From IMG/VR virus record IMGVR_UViG_3300020045_002115, positions 1-38,030 of that record: a stretch of DNA of 38,030 bases; one strand, 5' to 3'. Both the position numbers and the translations under genes were made by a program. The stretch is from a virus (Duplodnaviria; Caudoviricetes). This document shows, piece by piece, positions 34,784 through 38,030 of this stretch. The notes beneath the pieces were generated by a model. It ran no database searches, was not told the origin of the DNA, and was given only the letters and a program-made list of their open reading frames with translations. Position 1 is the stretch's first letter. Every line of letters begins with the position of its first letter.

Positions 34784-35062
34784 TTAAGGTTTGATTTTTA
34801 ACTTATCCATTATTTTTTTCTGATTGAATAATATGGTATCCATCTTGGCGACATTAATCTTATTAATCGAATCCCTTTTTGCCTGCCATGTAGTTGCCTG
34901 TGCCTGCTTCTCGGAAGTTGCATCAACCGTCTCCTTTACGTTTACCCCGAAATAGGCACCCATGACTGTAATGGCGGTCATTAAGATATTCGTCACATTA
35001 ATTTTCTCAATGATTTTCGCAAGGGCAACCTGTAAGATGGTGGGCTGTTTTTCTTCAGTCAT
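34784..35062 (-). CDS. Single-TM membrane protein (lysis module)
   Basis: Hydrophobic segment then polar helix. Confidence 0.55.
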   Translation of the reverse strand: MTEEKQPTILQVALAKIIEKINVTNILMTAITVMGAYFGVNVKETVDATSEKQAQATTWQAKRDSINKINVAKMDTILFNQKKIMDKLKIKP

Positions 35063-35388
35063 TGCATCCCCAGCTTTCCTTTTATCATTGATATTTCAGA
35101 CTTCATTACGATGTCCCCGTTATCTAACCTTGCAAAGTGTGACTCGTATCTTTGATGGTCGAAGGCTTCAATAGCGTGTTTCGTGGAGTCTATCATTTGA
35201 GCCGTTCGAATATCCGATAAAGTCTGACCTACCCTATCCCGAAAGGCGTTCGCCTCCCATTGCCAATATCCGATAACCCAAAGAGCAATCAAAACGAAAG
35301 CCCTGTAAGAAATAGTCAGCCCTTTCCCGACCTTCTGTTTTTTTGCTTCAGTCATTTCAGATGAAAGGATATCTATAATGGGGTGCAT
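35059..35388 (-). CDS. Single-TM membrane protein (lysis module)
   Basis: AFVLIALWVIGYW segment followed by coiled coil. Confidence 0.55.
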   Translation of the reverse strand: MHPIIDILSSEMTEAKKQKVGKGLTISYRAFVLIALWVIGYWQWEANAFRDRVGQTLSDIRTAQMIDSTKHAIEAFDHQRYESHFARLDNGDIVMKSEISMIKGKLGMQ

Positions 35389-35717
35389 TACTTTTTCTGC
35401 AATGCTTTCACCCCGTACTCAACATAATCCCTTTTACCGTTGACGTGCAGCCAATAAATATCTCCGTTCGTTATGTCTTTTACTAAAACTTTCGAACCCC
35501 CGTACATCTTCATTTTAGCCCGTAGGTTTTTAATGATTCCCTGCCTGCGCATATACGTTTCAGCGGGTGAACCAATCACCTGTTTTAGTTTCACCTCGCG
35601 GCAGAAAAACTCTTTGCTCCTCTTTCCTTTCGCCCGATGTATTTCTACGTGGCCTTCTTTTGGATTTGTCATCAGTTTACAATTATTTTCTTTATCCCGC
35701 TTCCGAAGGTAGCCCAC
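35388..35717 (-). CDS. Basic hypothetical protein
   Basis: 109 aa; true start may be MTNPKE overlapping upstream stop. Confidence 0.5.
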   Translation of the reverse strand: MGYLRKRDKENNCKLMTNPKEGHVEIHRAKGKRSKEFFCREVKLKQVIGSPAETYMRRQGIIKNLRAKMKMYGGSKVLVKDITNGDIYWLHVNGKRDYVEYGVKALQKK

Positions 35718-36205
35718 GAGGCAGGGAGTTTATCGAAGATTAATGTCCCGCTTGACTGGAGCGTGAGAACCGTTGCGCCTGTGCTTCTGTTGGTGAGCCA
35801 TATCGGGTAATTCGTGTCATTGTAAGGGCTGCGGTTGACTTTATGGGTTGCGTTGTCGAACTGAATGAGAATGTTACCTATCAGCACATTGAACTTTGTG
35901 GTGTTCACAAGCGATGTGTGAGGAGTAATTTTAAAGATTCCTGTCGTTCCTTGCTGAACAATATCTCCGGGTACTATTGTATCATAAAACACAATCACTT
36001 TCCCATCCATGCAGTCAATCAACTTTTCCCCTGTGCTTCTGTTTTTGATGACGTAGTTGTTGTTGCTTTCGCCCCTCTCAAATGACTGAAATATTTTGGT
36101 CGTGGTGTCAATCATTATCGCATAAGGCGAAACCAACCAAAATTTCTGTTGCGCAAACGAATCCGTAAAAGTTAGCAGAAAAATTAAAACAAAAAATATC
36201 CTCAT
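35672..36205 (-). CDS. Secreted beta-rich protein
   Basis: MRIFFVLIFLLTFTDSFA|Q signal; internal repeat NRSTGE/NRSTGA. Confidence 0.65.
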   Translation of the reverse strand: MRIFFVLIFLLTFTDSFAQQKFWLVSPYAIMIDTTTKIFQSFERGESNNNYVIKNRSTGEKLIDCMDGKVIVFYDTIVPGDIVQQGTTGIFKITPHTSLVNTTKFNVLIGNILIQFDNATHKVNRSPYNDTNYPIWLTNRSTGATVLTLQSSGTLIFDKLPASWATFGSGIKKIIVN

Positions 36206-37884
36206 GGCATCGTTCCGTATTTAGCAAGTATGTATGCACGTAAATCTGTAAGGTCGGTTCCGGTCACTACATGGTCATAAATGATAATCTCCGCAATATC
36301 TCCATTCCAAAATCGTGTACCGAATGACCTGTCCCACCCTATTTGTCCGGTGAACGTCCAGCCTGTACTGTATGCGCTTTCGATAAATCCGAAGGCATTC
36401 ATAGGGGCCTGCATATTACTTGTCGCATAGTTTACACTATTCAGATAATAACTTGTGACATCTGTGGGGTCGGCAAAAATAGTTCCGCCACTCAGTCCAT
36501 TTAACGGATGAGCAGGGCCAACCGTGTTCGGCCCCCATAACCCACAGTAATCTGTAAAAGTTGCACCGTTCCATTTGGCCACAATAAATGCGTGTTTGTA
36601 AGTATCCGATGAGGTTTGATTCATGTAATTATCCACTCCGTCAAAACGAATTATCGGCTTACCATTTAAAATATTATCATACCATTTCGGTTGATTTGTA
36701 CCCGTTGCCTGAAGGGCGTGATTGGCCTGTCCGCTTTGGTCATCCCATGCACTCACCAGGTCGGCTCCGTCTGTGGTTACTCCGGCATCGGCAGAAACCC
36801 AAAATCGAAGTCCTGTTATGGCAGATGGAAGGAATGAAGCAGTCGTAACGTGCCAGTCTACCACCAATCCGTTACAGCGAAGGAAACAGGTGAGCATTGT
36901 TGAATAAGCCGATGAGCTTGTCAGTCTTACATGAAGCGTATCCCCAACTCTTGCGATGCCTTCCGTTGTCCATGAATTACTATTCACTTGCATTTGCGAT
37001 GCGTTTCCACGTACCGCAAAAGCCCATACCACGGTTGAATCTCCCGCGAGAATTATACCGTTTGAAGTAATGAGGGTGCTTATGTTTACATTGCTTTGGT
37101 CTGTAAAGTCAAAAGTGGTTGGAGATCCTGAGCCTGTAATCGCCAAATCTCCGCTGCCTAAAATAGTACTTCCGTTTATGGTTTTAATGTTTGTGCCTGA
37201 AACCAGTTTCGCCTGATATCGTCCCTCATAATAATTGTAGGAATGAAGGATTGATGTGTCAACAGCAATAGTCCCCGTTCCGGTTATCGTGCCTCCTGTG
37301 ATAGGCGATGTGGTGGCGATGGATGTAACCGTTCCTACTGACCATGTCCTATCAGCCGATAAGTCTTGCCCAGTCCCATTAATGGTTAGCGTCCGCGAGG
37401 TCAATACAGCCCCCGTGAGAGAGGTTAAATATCCAAAGGGGTTTGTATTGTAAAAGTTGTATGTGTGAAATCCGCTTATCGTGGTGCTGTCCAGCGTGCC
37501 AACAGACGTGAGGTATCCGGCAGGGTTTGAGGAAAGCGGATAGTAATATGTAGCGGCATCTATTGAACGTAGATAAGGCAACAACATTGCGAGGGTATCA
37601 ATCTTTCGGAGATAATAGGAAAGCATCGAAGCGGTGTCGGCAATGTCCAGCTTCAAATCAATTCTATCGGATAGACTTGTCGTATCCGTACCGCCACCGA
37701 CAACCTGAGTTAAATCGTATTGGGTTGCGATGTCATTAACCGTGTCGCAGTCCAGCGCATTGTTGACATTTTGAATTAACGTCCCGCCTTTCTTAATTTG
37801 GCTTGCAGGGGTTTGAGTTTGCCCCATGACAATAGGGACGAACACAAAGAATCTGAAAAGTAAAAGGATGGCAACCTTTTTCAA
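36202..37884 (-). CDS. Tail fibre/receptor-binding-like protein with C-terminal LamG/ConA-like domain and predicted signal peptide
   Basis: LVSGTNIKTING fibre motif, Thr/Gly-rich shaft, VSAWDDQSG...IRFDG...GDIAEIIIY domain; TTG start overlaps upstream stop. Confidence 0.7.
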   Translation of the reverse strand: MKKVAILLLFRFFVFVPIVMGQTQTPASQIKKGGTLIQNVNNALDCDTVNDIATQYDLTQVVGGGTDTTSLSDRIDLKLDIADTASMLSYYLRKIDTLAMLLPYLRSIDAATYYYPLSSNPAGYLTSVGTLDSTTISGFHTYNFYNTNPFGYLTSLTGAVLTSRTLTINGTGQDLSADRTWSVGTVTSIATTSPITGGTITGTGTIAVDTSILHSYNYYEGRYQAKLVSGTNIKTINGSTILGSGDLAITGSGSPTTFDFTDQSNVNISTLITSNGIILAGDSTVVWAFAVRGNASQMQVNSNSWTTEGIARVGDTLHVRLTSSSAYSTMLTCFLRCNGLVVDWHVTTASFLPSAITGLRFWVSADAGVTTDGADLVSAWDDQSGQANHALQATGTNQPKWYDNILNGKPIIRFDGVDNYMNQTSSDTYKHAFIVAKWNGATFTDYCGLWGPNTVGPAHPLNGLSGGTIFADPTDVTSYYLNSVNYATSNMQAPMNAFGFIESAYSTGWTFTGQIGWDRSFGTRFWNGDIAEIIIYDHVVTGTDLTDLRAYILAKYGTMP

Positions 37885-37909
37885 TGGATTATGAATGTAG
37901 TCTTTTTGT

Positions 37910-38030
37910 GGTTGGAAGAATGTTTGCAGTCTTTGAATAAAGGATAGTCTGCGATGTTATCAATCAAAAACTTTACCATCTCATCACGATAAAAATCTGC
38001 TTTATTTAGCATCACATCCCTCATGTAGGA
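37910..38030. repeat. Terminal direct repeat (copy 2)
   Basis: Identical to 1-121. Confidence 0.95.

Noticed and set aside
491-37453. Plus-strand ORFs in the ORF track (e.g. 3757-4263, 20507-21115, 27619-27984)
   Set aside because: Antisense shadows of well-supported minus-strand genes with no recognisable motifs.
36202-37884. Diversity-generating retroelement targeting the fibre
   Set aside because: No reverse transcriptase, and no template/variable repeat pair was noticed by eye.
37910-38030. 121-bp terminal repeat as a biological DTR
   Set aside because: It falls mid-gene and its length is compatible with an assembler k-mer overlap; it shows circularity, not the packaged ends.

Overview
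Complete, circularly assembled genome (~37,909 bp plus a 121-bp terminal overlap) of a tailed phage, probably a siphovirus infecting Bacteroidota (TAnnTTTG promoters, A-rich translation starts without Shine-Dalgarno, signal peptides with Gln at +1). All credible genes are on the minus strand. They form an early/replication block (Cro-like HTH, Sak/Rad52, YqaJ-like exonuclease, initiator, PAPS reductase, VRR-NUC, SNF2 helicase, DNA MTase), terminases, a tail module containing a four-gene glycosylation cassette, head genes, a fibre and lysis genes. The main discovery is a phage-borne integron-like system at 26554-29505. A tyrosine recombinase lacking the IntI-specific insertion sits next to an attI-like GTT site and three cassettes. 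Each cassette is closed by an attC-like hairpin of identical non-canonical geometry (AAC-N2-8bp arm...8bp arm-N5-GTT), and each cassette's two ends are mutually complementary. The cassette genes (two C5-cytosine MTases and a small Cys protein) are inverted relative to classical integrons. The two MTases sit inside a shared scaffold with perfect nested inverted repeats, and the array is chained by translationally coupled peptides. Also found: a -1 frameshift tail-chaperone extension missed by the ORF track, three promoter-proximal RNA leaders sharing one switch-like architecture, and a fibre-like protein with a predicted signal peptide. All calls come from reading the sequence; no searches were run.
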